Below are positions 47,834 to 59,179 of a DNA stretch of 64,000 nt, piece by piece. Position 1 is the first letter of the stretch; every line of letters starts with the position of its first letter. A model generated the notes under the pieces. It worked only from the letters and a program-made list of their open reading frames with translations, was not told the DNA's origin and ran no database searches. Origin of the DNA: an uncultured Bdellovibrionales bacterium (lineage in GTDB: Bacteria; Patescibacteriota; Minisyncoccia; Moranbacterales; UBA1568); assembly GCA_964384235.1 (NCBI GenBank), contig CAYLJX010000002.1, forward strand, positions 114,660-178,659. The letters are read 5' to 3'. A program made the position numbers and the translations under genes.

Positions 47834-48754
47834 ATGGCTTCAGCTCGTGACATCCGACGGCGAATAAAGGGCGTGAAATCCACCGGCAAGATCACCCGGG
47901 CGATGGAGATGATTTCGGCCGTCAAGATGCGCAAGGCCGTGAGTTCGGTGCTCGCCATCCGTCCGTATGCCCAAGGGGCGATTGGGATGCTTCAGCGGCT
48001 TTCCCAGGCGGTCGGCAATGAACAGCATCCGCTTCTCATGGAACGACCGGTAAAGAAAGAACTCTACGTCGTCATCGCCTCCAATCGAGGTCTCTGCGGC
48101 GCGTTCAACGCCCAGATCGGGAAGCGTCTGCGCCAGGTCCTCCTCGAGGATACCGGTCGGGACCGGGTCTTCATTACGATCGGGAAGAAGGCAGACGCCA
48201 TGGTGCGTCGTGTCCAGGGAGAAACCATCGCGTCGTTTCCGGACGTGCTCAACGCCCTCAAGGCGGAGGACCTTCGGCCGGTGGCGCGCGTCATCATGGA
48301 CGAGTTCGAGGCGAAACGCGTCGACCGCGTGGTGATGGTGTACACGGATTTCGTCTCGATGCTCTCGCAGGAGGTGAAGGTCCGGGCGCTCCTCCCGGTC
48401 GCGATCAAGGACACGAGGAAGGCCTTGAACGAAATGGGAGAAATGAGTGAAAAGGGAGAAACGGGAGACGAAAAAGGGAAGGGCGGCATGCAAGCCGAGT
48501 ATCTGATCGAGCCGAGTGCCAAGAAGGTATTGTGGCGGATGATTCCGCGGCTCATCGAGATGGAACTCTATCATGCCGTTCTCGAGAGCAACGCCTCGCA
48601 GGAGTCGGCCCGGATGATGGCCATGCGCAACGCGACCGACGCCGCCAAGGAAATGGTGGCCGACCTCACGCTCGCCTACAACCAGGTCCGTCAGGGCAAG
48701 ATCACGCAGGAAATCGCCGAGCTCTCGGCGGGTATGGCGGCTGTCTCGAAATAG
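47834..48754 (+). CDS. atpG: ATP synthase F1 gamma subunit
   Basis: MASARDIRRRIKGVKSTGKITRAMEMISAVKMRKA N-terminus and conserved C-terminal helix. Confidence 0.85.
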   Translation: MASARDIRRRIKGVKSTGKITRAMEMISAVKMRKAVSSVLAIRPYAQGAIGMLQRLSQAVGNEQHPLLMERPVKKELYVVIASNRGLCGAFNAQIGKRLRQVLLEDTGRDRVFITIGKKADAMVRRVQGETIASFPDVLNALKAEDLRPVARVIMDEFEAKRVDRVVMVYTDFVSMLSQEVKVRALLPVAIKDTRKALNEMGEMSEKGETGDEKGKGGMQAEYLIEPSAKKVLWRMIPRLIEMELYHAVLESNASQESARMMAMRNATDAAKEMVADLTLAYNQVRQGKITQEIAELSAGMAAVSK

Positions 48755-48903
48755 TATTCAGTATTTCGTATATCGTATGGCGTATTCCGGTACGTGATGC
48801 GAGATACCAGATACCGAATCTGGAAGGAATTTTAAAAAAGCACGCAGAAATGATTCAAGACAGTCCGCGTTGCGAACTGTCTTGTCGAGAGGGGTGGCCG
48901 TGG

Positions 48904-49125
48904 TCAATCCTGCTTCATGGAGGGCGATGGCAATAAGACCAGGGCGATGGCTGTGGCCAGCATCAGCGCGAAGAACGCCATGTTGAGCGGGACCGGATAC
49001 ATCGGCTGATGACTCACCCAGAGCATGGGCGCGTAGGTCCACAGGAAGCTGACACCGAAAAGAACCAGGAGAATGCAGGCGATCCAGAGGACTACCCGGA
49101 AGAGTTTGAACATGATGATCTCCAA
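48904..49125 (-). CDS. small two-TM membrane protein (73 aa) encoded antisense between atpG and atpD
   Basis: GGAG RBS 6 nt before the ATG. Two hydrophobic helices. Own hairpin terminator caagacag...ctgtcttg at about 48856-48884 followed by a U-run on the minus strand. Confidence 0.4.
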   Translation of the reverse strand: MEIIMFKLFRVVLWIACILLVLFGVSFLWTYAPMLWVSHQPMYPVPLNMAFFALMLATAIALVLLPSPSMKQD

Positions 49126-49241
49126 TTTTTCAGAAGGAACGATTATCGTTATATACCGCTACGTGTCTCCTGTCCCTGTAGTACTCCCAAAAGTGAAAAA
49201 CGTCAATACTTCATATCATAACTAATCAGGATTTCCTTTAA

Positions 49242-50639
<1,398 letters not shown>

Positions 50640-50641
50640 GT

Positions 50642-51094
50642 ATGTCTCTTATAAAGTTCAAAATCGTTACTCCCGAACGCACGGTGGTGGAACAGGAGGT
50701 CTACCAGGCGACGCTGCCGGTCGAGGGGGGAGAAGTGACCATCCTGCCGGAGCATATGCCGTACATCGGGGCGCTCAAGGCGGGGGAGATCATCTTGCGC
50801 CGCACGCAGGGCGGCGAGGAGGAGAGCCTCGCGACGTCAGGCGGCTTCGCGGAGTTTCATGACAATACCCTCTCCATCCTCGCGGATACGGCTGAGCGTG
50901 CCGAGGAGATCGATCTTGCGCGTGCCGAAGAGGCGAGGAAGCGCGCCGAGAAGCTCAAGGAAGAGCGACATCTCATGGACGACGAGGAATATGCCCGCAC
51001 CGCGGCCGCGATCGAGAAGGAACTGGCCCGCGTACGTGTCGCCCGCAAGCACCGTTCCAGACCAGGTTTCTCCACCAACGGAGATTCTCTTTAG
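50642..51094 (+). CDS. atpC: ATP synthase F1 epsilon subunit
   Basis: N-terminal beta-sandwich KFKIVTPERTVVEQEV and C-terminal helical hairpin. Confidence 0.8.
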   Translation: MSLIKFKIVTPERTVVEQEVYQATLPVEGGEVTILPEHMPYIGALKAGEIILRRTQGGEEESLATSGGFAEFHDNTLSILADTAERAEEIDLARAEEARKRAEKLKEERHLMDDEEYARTAAAIEKELARVRVARKHRSRPGFSTNGDSL

Positions 51095-51290
51095 AGGACA
51101 TTCCCTCCTTTCCTCCAGCAACCTCCTTTCTCGACCCGCTCACTCACTCCAACCCCATATGTGATAGCCTCCGTTTTGCAGTAGTCGTTTCGTTCGCTTA
51201 GTACAAATTTTGTCTTTGAAACAAGAGGAGGCCGATGGCACAAAATTTGTAAGGGTCTCGAAAAGAGTTGCTGTTCGGAAAGGAGAAACT

Positions 51291-51440
51291 CGGAAGGCAA
51301 AGATTCCTTTTCGGAGTCTTGAAGATCCGAAAGCGGGCATGGACTCCGAGCGAAGTCGAGGAGGAGCGAAGGAGCTTCAGGAGTGAGGTTGCACGCCGGG
51401 CAACCGAGCGACTCCGAAAAGGAAGACTTTGCCTGGAGAG
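51291..51440 (-). repeat. structured inverted-repeat element, copy 2 (inverse orientation relative to the copy at 12469-12616)
   Basis: Terminal 50 nt on each side are nearly identical to the reverse complement of copy 1. The core hairpin ggttgc-acgccgg-gcaacc replaces gcccgt-ccggcgt-acgggc, with compensatory changes. Confidence 0.6.
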
Positions 51441-51522
51441 AGAAGATTGCTTATAGAGTATTTCAAGAGTAGAATGAAAGCGTGAACAGGAATGTTCGCG
51501 CTTTTCCATTAAACAAAACTGT

Positions 51523-52521
51523 ATGCAACCAGCCGTGCAGAAGGTAGCCAAGGGGGTATTGATCGGGGTACTCGGACTGTTTCTCGTGGGACTTCTCGTT
51601 TTCTTCATGACCGTTCTCTTCGGTCAGCCTGGAAACTTCCGTATGACGGGAGACGGGTCGGTGTCATCGGGAACGATGATGGTGCAGCCGGAGATCGGAG
51701 GGATGGGTCGGGGCGGCATGGGCGGTGACATGATGACCGATGAAGGAGCGGCACCGATGTTCGAGGGCAAGATGGCGCTCGGTGCTCCGGAAGGCGTTTC
51801 CTTTGATATGGCACCGGTTGCCGAGGAAACCGTTCCGGCTGACAAGAGAGTGATGAAGGACGGTTCGCTCGATATCCGGGTCCGGAGTGCCGACGAAGCG
51901 GCCGAGAATATCCGAAAGGTCGCCGAAGCGAAAGGCGGATCGGTGCAGCAGTCGAATTTCTGGCAGATGACCGACAACGTGAAGACCGGTTCCGTCACCG
52001 TCAAGGTGCCTGTGGACAGGTTCGAGGAGACGTTCGCGGAGCTAAAGAAGGTCGCGACGTTCGTCGTGAGCGAGAACATGTCGGGAAGCGACGTGACGGA
52101 GCAGTTCATCGACCTCAAGGCACGGCTCGACAACAAGAAGGCCCAGGAGCAGGCCCTCCAAGCTCTCCTCACCCGGGCCGAGAAGGTGAGCGATGTGATC
52201 GACGTGACACGCGAGCTCGGCAAGGTGCGCGCGGAGATCGAATCGCTCGAAGGACAGATGCGGTATCTCAGCAATCAGACCGATATGGCCTCCATCACGG
52301 TGTCGCTCACGGAGGATGCACGTATCACGCCGGACGGCAGTTTCCGTCCCGGGCAGTCGTTCGCCGATGCGCTCAAGCAGCTCATCTGGAGCCTCGGGAA
52401 GATAGCGACCGGACTCATGCTGTTCCTGATCGTCGCGGTGCCGATCTTCCTCGTCTTCGGTCTCGTCTTCTGGGTCATCTTCATCATCGTCCGCAAGGTC
52501 GTGATGAAGTTCTGGAAGTGA
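51523..52521 (+). CDS. DUF4349-like membrane protein (N- and C-terminal TM helices flanking a coiled-coil/beta domain)
   Basis: Architecture and central region LDIRVRSADEAAENIRKVAEAKGGSV...FIDLKARLDNKKAQEQAL...LGKVRAEIESLEGQMRYLSNQTDMASITVSL. Confidence 0.45.
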   Translation: MQPAVQKVAKGVLIGVLGLFLVGLLVFFMTVLFGQPGNFRMTGDGSVSSGTMMVQPEIGGMGRGGMGGDMMTDEGAAPMFEGKMALGAPEGVSFDMAPVAEETVPADKRVMKDGSLDIRVRSADEAAENIRKVAEAKGGSVQQSNFWQMTDNVKTGSVTVKVPVDRFEETFAELKKVATFVVSENMSGSDVTEQFIDLKARLDNKKAQEQALQALLTRAEKVSDVIDVTRELGKVRAEIESLEGQMRYLSNQTDMASITVSLTEDARITPDGSFRPGQSFADALKQLIWSLGKIATGLMLFLIVAVPIFLVFGLVFWVIFIIVRKVVMKFWK

Positions 52522-52602
52522 CGTAAAAAAGTCTGTAAAAAAATTGAAGCGCGCTCCGGCTGATGCCGAGGCGCGCTTTGTCGTTGGGAAGTGAAGAACA
52601 GG

Positions 52603-53037
52603 CTAGTCTGAAAAGAACCCGCTCTTCTTGATGAAGTTCTCCCATGCTGCGTCGCAGGATTCTGATGTCGCGACGCGATGGTGTACGGCGAGCATATCCT
52701 TCTTGTGCCAAGAGCAGTAGGCCTCCTTGGTCATGCGAACATGTTGCGTTTCCAGGATGATGAATTCCTGTTCATGGGGGAGAAGAGCTTCGTTAACCAG
52801 GAGGGTATCCCAGTGTGCGGTGCATTCTACCCACCTCTCTCCCACATGATGACCGCACACGTCGCTTCTTGATTTCAGGGCCCGGAAGGTATACGATATG
52901 TCGTTGGTGTCTTCCGTAAGGAGCAGTGTGATCCATTTCTTTTCTGCTCCCGGAGGAGTAGCCGTGGTTCCGGCGTGAGCCGAGAACGCGAAGGACAAGA
53001 GTACAACAAACATCGCGAGCAGACGGTTCATGTACAT
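52603..53037 (-). CDS. secreted hypothetical protein (signal peptide, 4 Cys)
   Basis: MYMNRLLAMFVVLLSFAFSAHA signal peptide. No motifs. Confidence 0.4.
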   Translation of the reverse strand: MYMNRLLAMFVVLLSFAFSAHAGTTATPPGAEKKWITLLLTEDTNDISYTFRALKSRSDVCGHHVGERWVECTAHWDTLLVNEALLPHEQEFIILETQHVRMTKEAYCSWHKKDMLAVHHRVATSESCDAAWENFIKKSGFFSD

Positions 53038-53193
53038 CCCTTTCTTGAGAGTGGGTTGGTGGGGCGGGTTGGTAAAGGTCAGAGATACATTATATCCCGA
53101 AACACGGATCAGTCAAGGGTCGCGGTCGGATCGCTTGAAAGAACGGGACGGATTGGGTAGAGTAGAAATACTCGAAAAGATAACATTTCGCAT

Positions 53194-55632
53194 ATGTCCA
53201 AGTCGTACAACCCCAAGTCCATCGAGGGAAAATGGCAGAAAACATGGGAGAAACAAGGTATCTATCGGCAATACAAGCGGTCGAAAAAGTTCTACGTGCT
53301 CGATATGTTTCCCTATCCGTCGGGCGCAGGGCTCCATGTCGGCCATCCCAAGGGTTACATCGCGACGGACGTGGTAGCACGAATGAAACAACTGCAGGGC
53401 TACGGCGTGCTCCATCCGATGGGATGGGATGCGTTCGGATTGCCGGCGGAGCAGTTCGCCATCAAGAACAAGGTCCATCCGGAAATCGCCGTGAGAAAGA
53501 ACGTCGCGACGTTCAAGAAACAGCTCGCGAAGATCGGTTTCACATACGACTGGGAGCGCGAGATCAACACGACCGACCCGGAGTACTACCGGTGGACGCA
53601 GTGGATCTTTCTCCAACTCTGGAAGAAAGGACTGGCCTACGAGTCATACGATCCGATCAACTGGTGTCCGTCGTGCCAGACGGGACTCGCGAACGAGGAT
53701 CTGGAGCAGGGGAAGTGCGAGCGCTGTGCCAGTGTCGTCGAGAAGAAACCGATGCGACAGTGGGTGCTCGCGATGACCAGGTACGCTGACCGGCTGCTCA
53801 AGGACCTGGATACGCAGAAACTCGAGTGGAGCGAATCGATCAAGGAACAGCAGCGCAACTGGATCGGACGGAGCGAAGGGATGCTTTTTACGTCGCCGAT
53901 CAAGGATAGTGACCTGAAGATCCAGACATTCAGTGCTCATTTTGAAGCATTTCGTGCCGACACATTCGTAGTGATTGCCCCTGATCATCCGATGCTTCCG
54001 AAGCTGCTTGATGGCGTAAAGGACAAGGAAAAAATCCTTCAAGTCTGTTCCGAGATGATCAGGAAACGCGAAGCGGCAGGATATGAGAATCAGAAGGAGA
54101 TCGAAGGGGTATTTACCGGACGACACACGGTGGATCCGGTCGGAAACGGAGAGCTTCCTATCTGGGTAGCGAGCTATGCTTTGGCTGAATATGGTACGGG
54201 TATCGTGAAGTGCTCAGCACACGATGAGCGTGATTTCGCTTTCGCGAAGAAATACGGGATCCGATTGAAACCGGTATTGTTTCCGGAAGATCTGATAGAA
54301 AGGAAAAAAGTCGAGAATCTGGAATATTGCTACAGTGATATGTCGCAGGGGGTTCTGACGGAGCCGGTGGAGTTCAATGGGAAAAAATCAGGCGAGTCCC
54401 GGCAGGAGATTATAGGGTATCTTGCGAAGAATAAGCTTGCCGCAAAGAAAGTCTCCTACAAGATGCGTGACTGGACGTTCTCGCGGCAGCGATACTGGGG
54501 CGAGCCGATTCCGCTCATTTATTGTGAGAAGTGCGGAGTCGTGCCGGTGCCGGAAAAGGATCTACCGGTGCTCCTTCCGAAGGTGAAATCGTATGAGCCG
54601 ACAGGGACGGGAGAATCGCCGCTTGCCAACATCACCAAGTGGGTGAATGTACGGTGTCCGAAGTGCAAGGGCAAGGCTAAGCGAGAAACGAATACCATGC
54701 CGCAGTGGGCGGGGTCCTGCTGGTACTACCTGCGCTACATCGATCCCAAGAGCCGGAAAGCGCTCGTCGACAAGAAGTTAGAGAAGAAGATGATGCCGGT
54801 CGACGTCTATGTCGGCGGGACGGAGCATGCCACGAGGCACCTCCTCTATGCGCGTTTTTGGCACAAATTCCTCTATGATATCAAGGCGGTTTCCGGCAAG
54901 GAGCCTTTCAAGAAGCTCGTTAATCAGGGACTCATCCTTGCTTCCGACGGGCGCAAGATGTCTAAGCGCTGGGGGAATGTCATCAATCCTGACGATATGA
55001 TCGATCAGTTCGGCGCGGACGCATTCCGACTTTATGAGATGTTCATGGGACCGTTCACACAATCGATCGCGTGGAATACGGACGGTGTGGTGGGAACACG
55101 CAGATTTCTGGAGAAGGTGTGGAAACTTCGGGATCGAATATCGAATATCGAATATCGAATATCGAATAAAGATACGGAAACCCTCCTTCACAAGACTATC
55201 AAGAGTGTTACCGAAGATATTGAGGACTTCAAATTCAATACCGCGGTCAGCAGTCTGATGATCTTGGTGAATGCCCTGGAAAAAGAAACCAATATTTCAC
55301 ATTCTACATTCAATATTCTTCTTATCCTTCTCTCTCCGTTTGCGCCGCATATCGCGGAGGAACTCTGGTATGAAATGGGGAACAAGAAGTCCATCTTTCT
55401 TGCCGAGTGGCCGAAGTGGGATAAGCGAAAAATCGTCGCCGAGACGGTGAAGATCGCCGTGCAGGTAAATGGCAAGGTGCGTGCGACGGTCGAGGTGGAA
55501 AGCGGAGCGACAGAAGAGGTAGTGAAAGCGCTCGCGCTCGCCGATACGAACGTCCAAGCGCACGTGGCCGGCAAAGAAATCCGCAAAGCGATCTATGTCC
55601 CCGGGAGAATACTGAATCTGGTGGTTATGTGA
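53194..55632 (+). CDS. leuS: leucyl-tRNA synthetase
   Basis: FPYPSGAGLHVGHPKGY (HIGH), KMSKRWGN, CP1 editing domain, 812 aa. Confidence 0.9.
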   Translation: MSKSYNPKSIEGKWQKTWEKQGIYRQYKRSKKFYVLDMFPYPSGAGLHVGHPKGYIATDVVARMKQLQGYGVLHPMGWDAFGLPAEQFAIKNKVHPEIAVRKNVATFKKQLAKIGFTYDWEREINTTDPEYYRWTQWIFLQLWKKGLAYESYDPINWCPSCQTGLANEDLEQGKCERCASVVEKKPMRQWVLAMTRYADRLLKDLDTQKLEWSESIKEQQRNWIGRSEGMLFTSPIKDSDLKIQTFSAHFEAFRADTFVVIAPDHPMLPKLLDGVKDKEKILQVCSEMIRKREAAGYENQKEIEGVFTGRHTVDPVGNGELPIWVASYALAEYGTGIVKCSAHDERDFAFAKKYGIRLKPVLFPEDLIERKKVENLEYCYSDMSQGVLTEPVEFNGKKSGESRQEIIGYLAKNKLAAKKVSYKMRDWTFSRQRYWGEPIPLIYCEKCGVVPVPEKDLPVLLPKVKSYEPTGTGESPLANITKWVNVRCPKCKGKAKRETNTMPQWAGSCWYYLRYIDPKSRKALVDKKLEKKMMPVDVYVGGTEHATRHLLYARFWHKFLYDIKAVSGKEPFKKLVNQGLILASDGRKMSKRWGNVINPDDMIDQFGADAFRLYEMFMGPFTQSIAWNTDGVVGTRRFLEKVWKLRDRISNIEYRISNKDTETLLHKTIKSVTEDIEDFKFNTAVSSLMILVNALEKETNISHSTFNILLILLSPFAPHIAEELWYEMGNKKSIFLAEWPKWDKRKIVAETVKIAVQVNGKVRATVEVESGATEEVVKALALADTNVQAHVAGKEIRKAIYVPGRILNLVVM

Positions 55633-55707
55633 GACAGAGAAACGGAAAGGAATTATCCCCGTTTCTTTTCCGGATTCAAAATTCTATATTCGATATTCTA
55701 TTCATAT

Positions 55708-56415
55708 ATGCAAGCAGTGATACTGGCGGCAGGACGAGGGACACGGATGGGGACATTGACCGACGAGATTCCCAAACCGATGCTTCCGCTTTTCGACAAA
55801 CCGATGCTCGAGTGGAAACTGGAGATGCTTCCTGGTGACATCGACGAAGTGGTGTTGGTGGTCGGCTATCTCGGTGAAACGGTCCGAGAATACTTCGGTG
55901 ACCAATGGAAGAGCCGTAAGATCCGGTATGTCGAGCAGAAAGAGCTTAACGGAACGGGCGGAGCGATTCTTCTGACACGCGATCTCGTACGGGGGAAGTT
56001 TCTCGTCACGATGGGAGACGATCTCTATACCCGCGAGGATCTGGAAGCGCTTGGACGTCATGATCTCTCGGTGCTCGCCTATCGTACCGACGAGGCCGAG
56101 CACTACGGACTTCTGGATACGGATGAAACAGGCAACCTCGCGAGCGTCATCGAGCGGCCGCACGATCGGACGGAAGGATTCGTCAACGCGGCGGCCTATA
56201 TCCTCGATGGGCGGATATTCAGCGAACCGCTGGTGCGGATCAGTGAGAAGGAACACGGTCTCCCACAGATGCTCGTCGAACTCGGCAAGAAATATCCGGT
56301 GAAAGTCGTCGTGACGGAGAGGTGGCAGCCGGTCGGCAAGCCGGAGGATATCGCTTTGGGGGAAGAGTTTCTGCGAAAACACTGGATACATGACAGCGGC
56401 GATGAGATTGGATAG
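55708..56415 (+). CDS. sugar-phosphate nucleotidyltransferase (NTP-transferase domain)
   Basis: AVILAAGRGTRMG...PKPMLP signature. Confidence 0.7.
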   Translation: MQAVILAAGRGTRMGTLTDEIPKPMLPLFDKPMLEWKLEMLPGDIDEVVLVVGYLGETVREYFGDQWKSRKIRYVEQKELNGTGGAILLTRDLVRGKFLVTMGDDLYTREDLEALGRHDLSVLAYRTDEAEHYGLLDTDETGNLASVIERPHDRTEGFVNAAAYILDGRIFSEPLVRISEKEHGLPQMLVELGKKYPVKVVVTERWQPVGKPEDIALGEEFLRKHWIHDSGDEIG

Positions 56416-56439
56416 AATAGATAAGAGACCAAATCGCTT

Positions 56440-57117
56440 TTGTCTATGAAAACCACTATCCCACAATTTCTTCCGCTCGATCGGCCGCTTATCATCTTCG
56501 ACTTGGAAACGACAGGACTTGGGGCCGGCGAGGACAAGATCCTCGAACTCGCCTACGAGAAGATCTTGCCGGACGGTGAGATCATCGAGAGGGTGCAGCG
56601 TTTCAACCCGGGGAAACATATCCCGGAGGAAGCGAGCCGCATCAACGGCATCTACGACCAGGACGTGGCGGATGCTCCGAGTTTTGCGACGCTCTGCTAC
56701 GAGCTCTGGAACATGTTCGAGGGATCGGATGTCGGCGGATTCAACGTGCTCGGGTTCGACTTGCCGTTTCTCAAGGGCGAGTTCGGAAGCGTCGGCAAGA
56801 ATTTCGATTTCACCCAGAAGCGCATCCTCGACGCCAAGATCCTCTATCACAAGATGGAAGCCAAGGATATGTTCGCGCCGAGAAACCTCTCCGCCGCGTA
56901 CAGGCTCTACTGCGGCAAGGATCATACCTCGGCCCATACCGGGGCGGGGGACGTGCGCGTGACGGTGGAAGTGCTGGAGAAACAGCTCGAGAAGTATCCG
57001 GAATTCCGCAGCTGGGACTACATCGCGGAACTGAACGGCAACAAGAAGCTTCAGGAATCGATCAGGACGGAACATGCTCCGGTCGCGGAAGCCAGTCTGT
57101 TCGGTTCGTTGTTTTAG
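56440..57117 (+). CDS. DEDDh 3'-5' exonuclease (DNA polymerase III epsilon-like)
   Basis: Exo I FDLETTGL, Exo II GFNVLGFDLPFL, Exo III HTGAGD. Confidence 0.7.
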   Translation: MSMKTTIPQFLPLDRPLIIFDLETTGLGAGEDKILELAYEKILPDGEIIERVQRFNPGKHIPEEASRINGIYDQDVADAPSFATLCYELWNMFEGSDVGGFNVLGFDLPFLKGEFGSVGKNFDFTQKRILDAKILYHKMEAKDMFAPRNLSAAYRLYCGKDHTSAHTGAGDVRVTVEVLEKQLEKYPEFRSWDYIAELNGNKKLQESIRTEHAPVAEASLFGSLF

Positions 57118-57225
57118 CGTATCTAGTATCTAGTATCTTGTATTATGTATTGGGTATGATATATTGAATTTTTTTTCCATACATAATACAAAATACATAC
57201 TACATAATACATACTCCTTACTACG

Positions 57226-57993
57226 ATGGATTTCATCGACGCTCTCATTCTCGGTATCGTTGAGGGGCTGACGGAGTTTCTGCCGGTCTCTTCGACCGGG
57301 CATCTCATCCTTGCCTCGGAACTTCTGAAGATTCCTCAGACGGAGTTTTTGAAAACGTTTGAGGTGTCTATTCAATTGGGAGCGATTCTCGCGGTCGTGG
57401 CGCTCTATTGGAGGAAGCTCCTCCTTGATCGGCGCATCATGGAACGTCTCATCGTCGCGCTTCTTCCGGCCCTCGGTGTCGGATTTCTCTTTTATGCGTC
57501 GATCAGAAAGTTGTTCGAATCGGAGATGACGGTCGTCGTGGCGCTTCTTATCGGCGGTATCCTGCTCATTCTCTTCGAGTGGTTTCACAAGGGTAAGGAA
57601 GGTGAGGTGGAAGACCTCTCAGCACTTCCCTACCGGACGGCTTTTCTCATCGGTCTTTTCCAGGCGCTTGCGGTCATTCCAGGCGTGTCGCGGGCAGGAG
57701 CGACGATCCTTGGCGGGTTGCTCCTCGGTCTCAAGCGCACGGCCATCGTGGAGTTCTCGTTTCTTCTCGCCGTACCGACCATGGTGGCGGCGACCGGACT
57801 CGATCTCATGAAAAACGCCGCTTCGTTCTCATCGGCGGATTTCCACCTGCTTCTCGTCGGCTTCGTTGTCTCTTTCATGGTAGCGATCGCGGCGATCAAG
57901 TTTCTTCTGCGGTTCGTCCAGTCACATACCTTCATTCCGTTCGGGGTGTACCGTATCCTGGCAGCTCTGGCGTTTTTCTTTCTCGTCTTGTAG
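57226..57993 (+). CDS. uppP: undecaprenyl-diphosphate phosphatase
   Basis: GIVEGLTEFLPVSSTGHLIL and PGVSRAGATI motifs. Confidence 0.85.
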   Translation: MDFIDALILGIVEGLTEFLPVSSTGHLILASELLKIPQTEFLKTFEVSIQLGAILAVVALYWRKLLLDRRIMERLIVALLPALGVGFLFYASIRKLFESEMTVVVALLIGGILLILFEWFHKGKEGEVEDLSALPYRTAFLIGLFQALAVIPGVSRAGATILGGLLLGLKRTAIVEFSFLLAVPTMVAATGLDLMKNAASFSSADFHLLLVGFVVSFMVAIAAIKFLLRFVQSHTFIPFGVYRILAALAFFFLVL

Positions 57994-58027
57994 AATATCT
58001 TTTCTCTGAATATTCACTGTCCGCCGT

Positions 58028-58900
58028 ATGACCGTCGCTTCCAGAGCCTACAGAAGAATGGCCAAGCCGCTCCTTGGGAAACCGATCGCTGAGCGGATAC
58101 TTCATGATGTCAAAACGCGTATTTCTACGTCGGGAAAGATGCCGGGTCTCGCGGTCATCCTGGTGGGGGACGATACGCCGTCGCAGATCTATGTCGGTCT
58201 GAAGGAGCGGGCCGCCGAGGAGGTGGGTATCCGGTTCGAGCGGTATGAGTTTCCTCGGACCGCTTCCAAAGAAGAAATTTTTTCCTGTATCGACGAGCTC
58301 AACGCGCGTGATGATATCCATGGCATCATCGTACAGCTGCCGCTCCCGATCGGTTTTCCGACGGACGAAACGATAGCCCGTATCGATCCGAAAAAGGATA
58401 CGGACGGTTTTCACAAGGAGACGCTCCGACGATTTCTACGAGGTGACGCTGCTGCCTGCCCGGTCTTTCCTCGGGCGGTCGTGGAGCTCTTGCGTTCGAG
58501 CGGGGAATCGCTCGAGGGAGAGTACGCCGTAGTCATCGTCAATTCGGAACTTCTTGGTGAAGTGATGGTACAGGCCCTGCGGTTCGAGGGATTGGACGCG
58601 GCATATATCTTGAGTCTGCATGCGTCGGCGGTCGTCGCAGAGGCGACAAAGCGGGCCCGGGTCGTGGTCACCGCCTGCGGCAGCATCAATTCGCTTCGCG
58701 GTACGATGCTCGATGAGGATGCGATCGTCATCGATGGCGGTATCAGCCGTTTCAACGGGAAGGTCGTGGGGGATATCGATCCGAAAACGGTCATTCGGAA
58801 AGCCGCGTATTACTCTCCGGTACCAGGCGGCGTCGGACCGGTCACGGTCGCGACGCTCCTCGCCCGCGTGACGGATGCCGCTCTAAAAGAGGAATCTTGA
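58028..58900 (+). CDS. folD: bifunctional methylenetetrahydrofolate dehydrogenase/cyclohydrolase
   Basis: PGLAVILVGDDTPSQIYV, GIIVQLPLP, and C-terminal PVPGGVGPVTVA. Confidence 0.85.
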   Translation: MTVASRAYRRMAKPLLGKPIAERILHDVKTRISTSGKMPGLAVILVGDDTPSQIYVGLKERAAEEVGIRFERYEFPRTASKEEIFSCIDELNARDDIHGIIVQLPLPIGFPTDETIARIDPKKDTDGFHKETLRRFLRGDAAACPVFPRAVVELLRSSGESLEGEYAVVIVNSELLGEVMVQALRFEGLDAAYILSLHASAVVAEATKRARVVVTACGSINSLRGTMLDEDAIVIDGGISRFNGKVVGDIDPKTVIRKAAYYSPVPGGVGPVTVATLLARVTDAALKEES

Positions 58901-58933
58901 CAGTAAAAGAGCGAATCGGCATACTCGAAAAAT

Positions 58934-59016
58934 GCCGCGGTGGTGGAATGGTAGACACACGGGACTCAAAATCCCGCGATAGCAATATCATGAGAGTTCG
59001 AGTCTCTCCCGCGGCA
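58934..59016 (+). tRNA. tRNA-Leu (anticodon CAA), long variable arm
   Basis: GCCGCGG acceptor, 3-bp D-stem, anticodon loop CUCAAAA, long extra arm, T-arm GAGAG-TTCGAGT-CTCTC, acceptor CCGCGGC plus A. CCA not encoded. Confidence 0.7.
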
Positions 59017-59023
59017 CACCTGA

Positions 59024-59047
59024 TCCCTTCCAGAAAGGGATTTTTTT
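59024..59047 (+). terminator. rho-independent terminator after tRNA-Leu
   Basis: tccctt-ccaga-aaggga followed by ttttttt. Confidence 0.6.
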
Positions 59048-59179
59048 ATCCAAAAAACACTGATTGATAATCGTTCGTCAATGGAATATAATAGCAATGA
59101 GCGGTTAGCGTCTAGCGATAAGTTTTTTGCTACCCGCTTTTAACTGAGTGCTGCACGCTCGACGCTGAACGCTGTTTTT

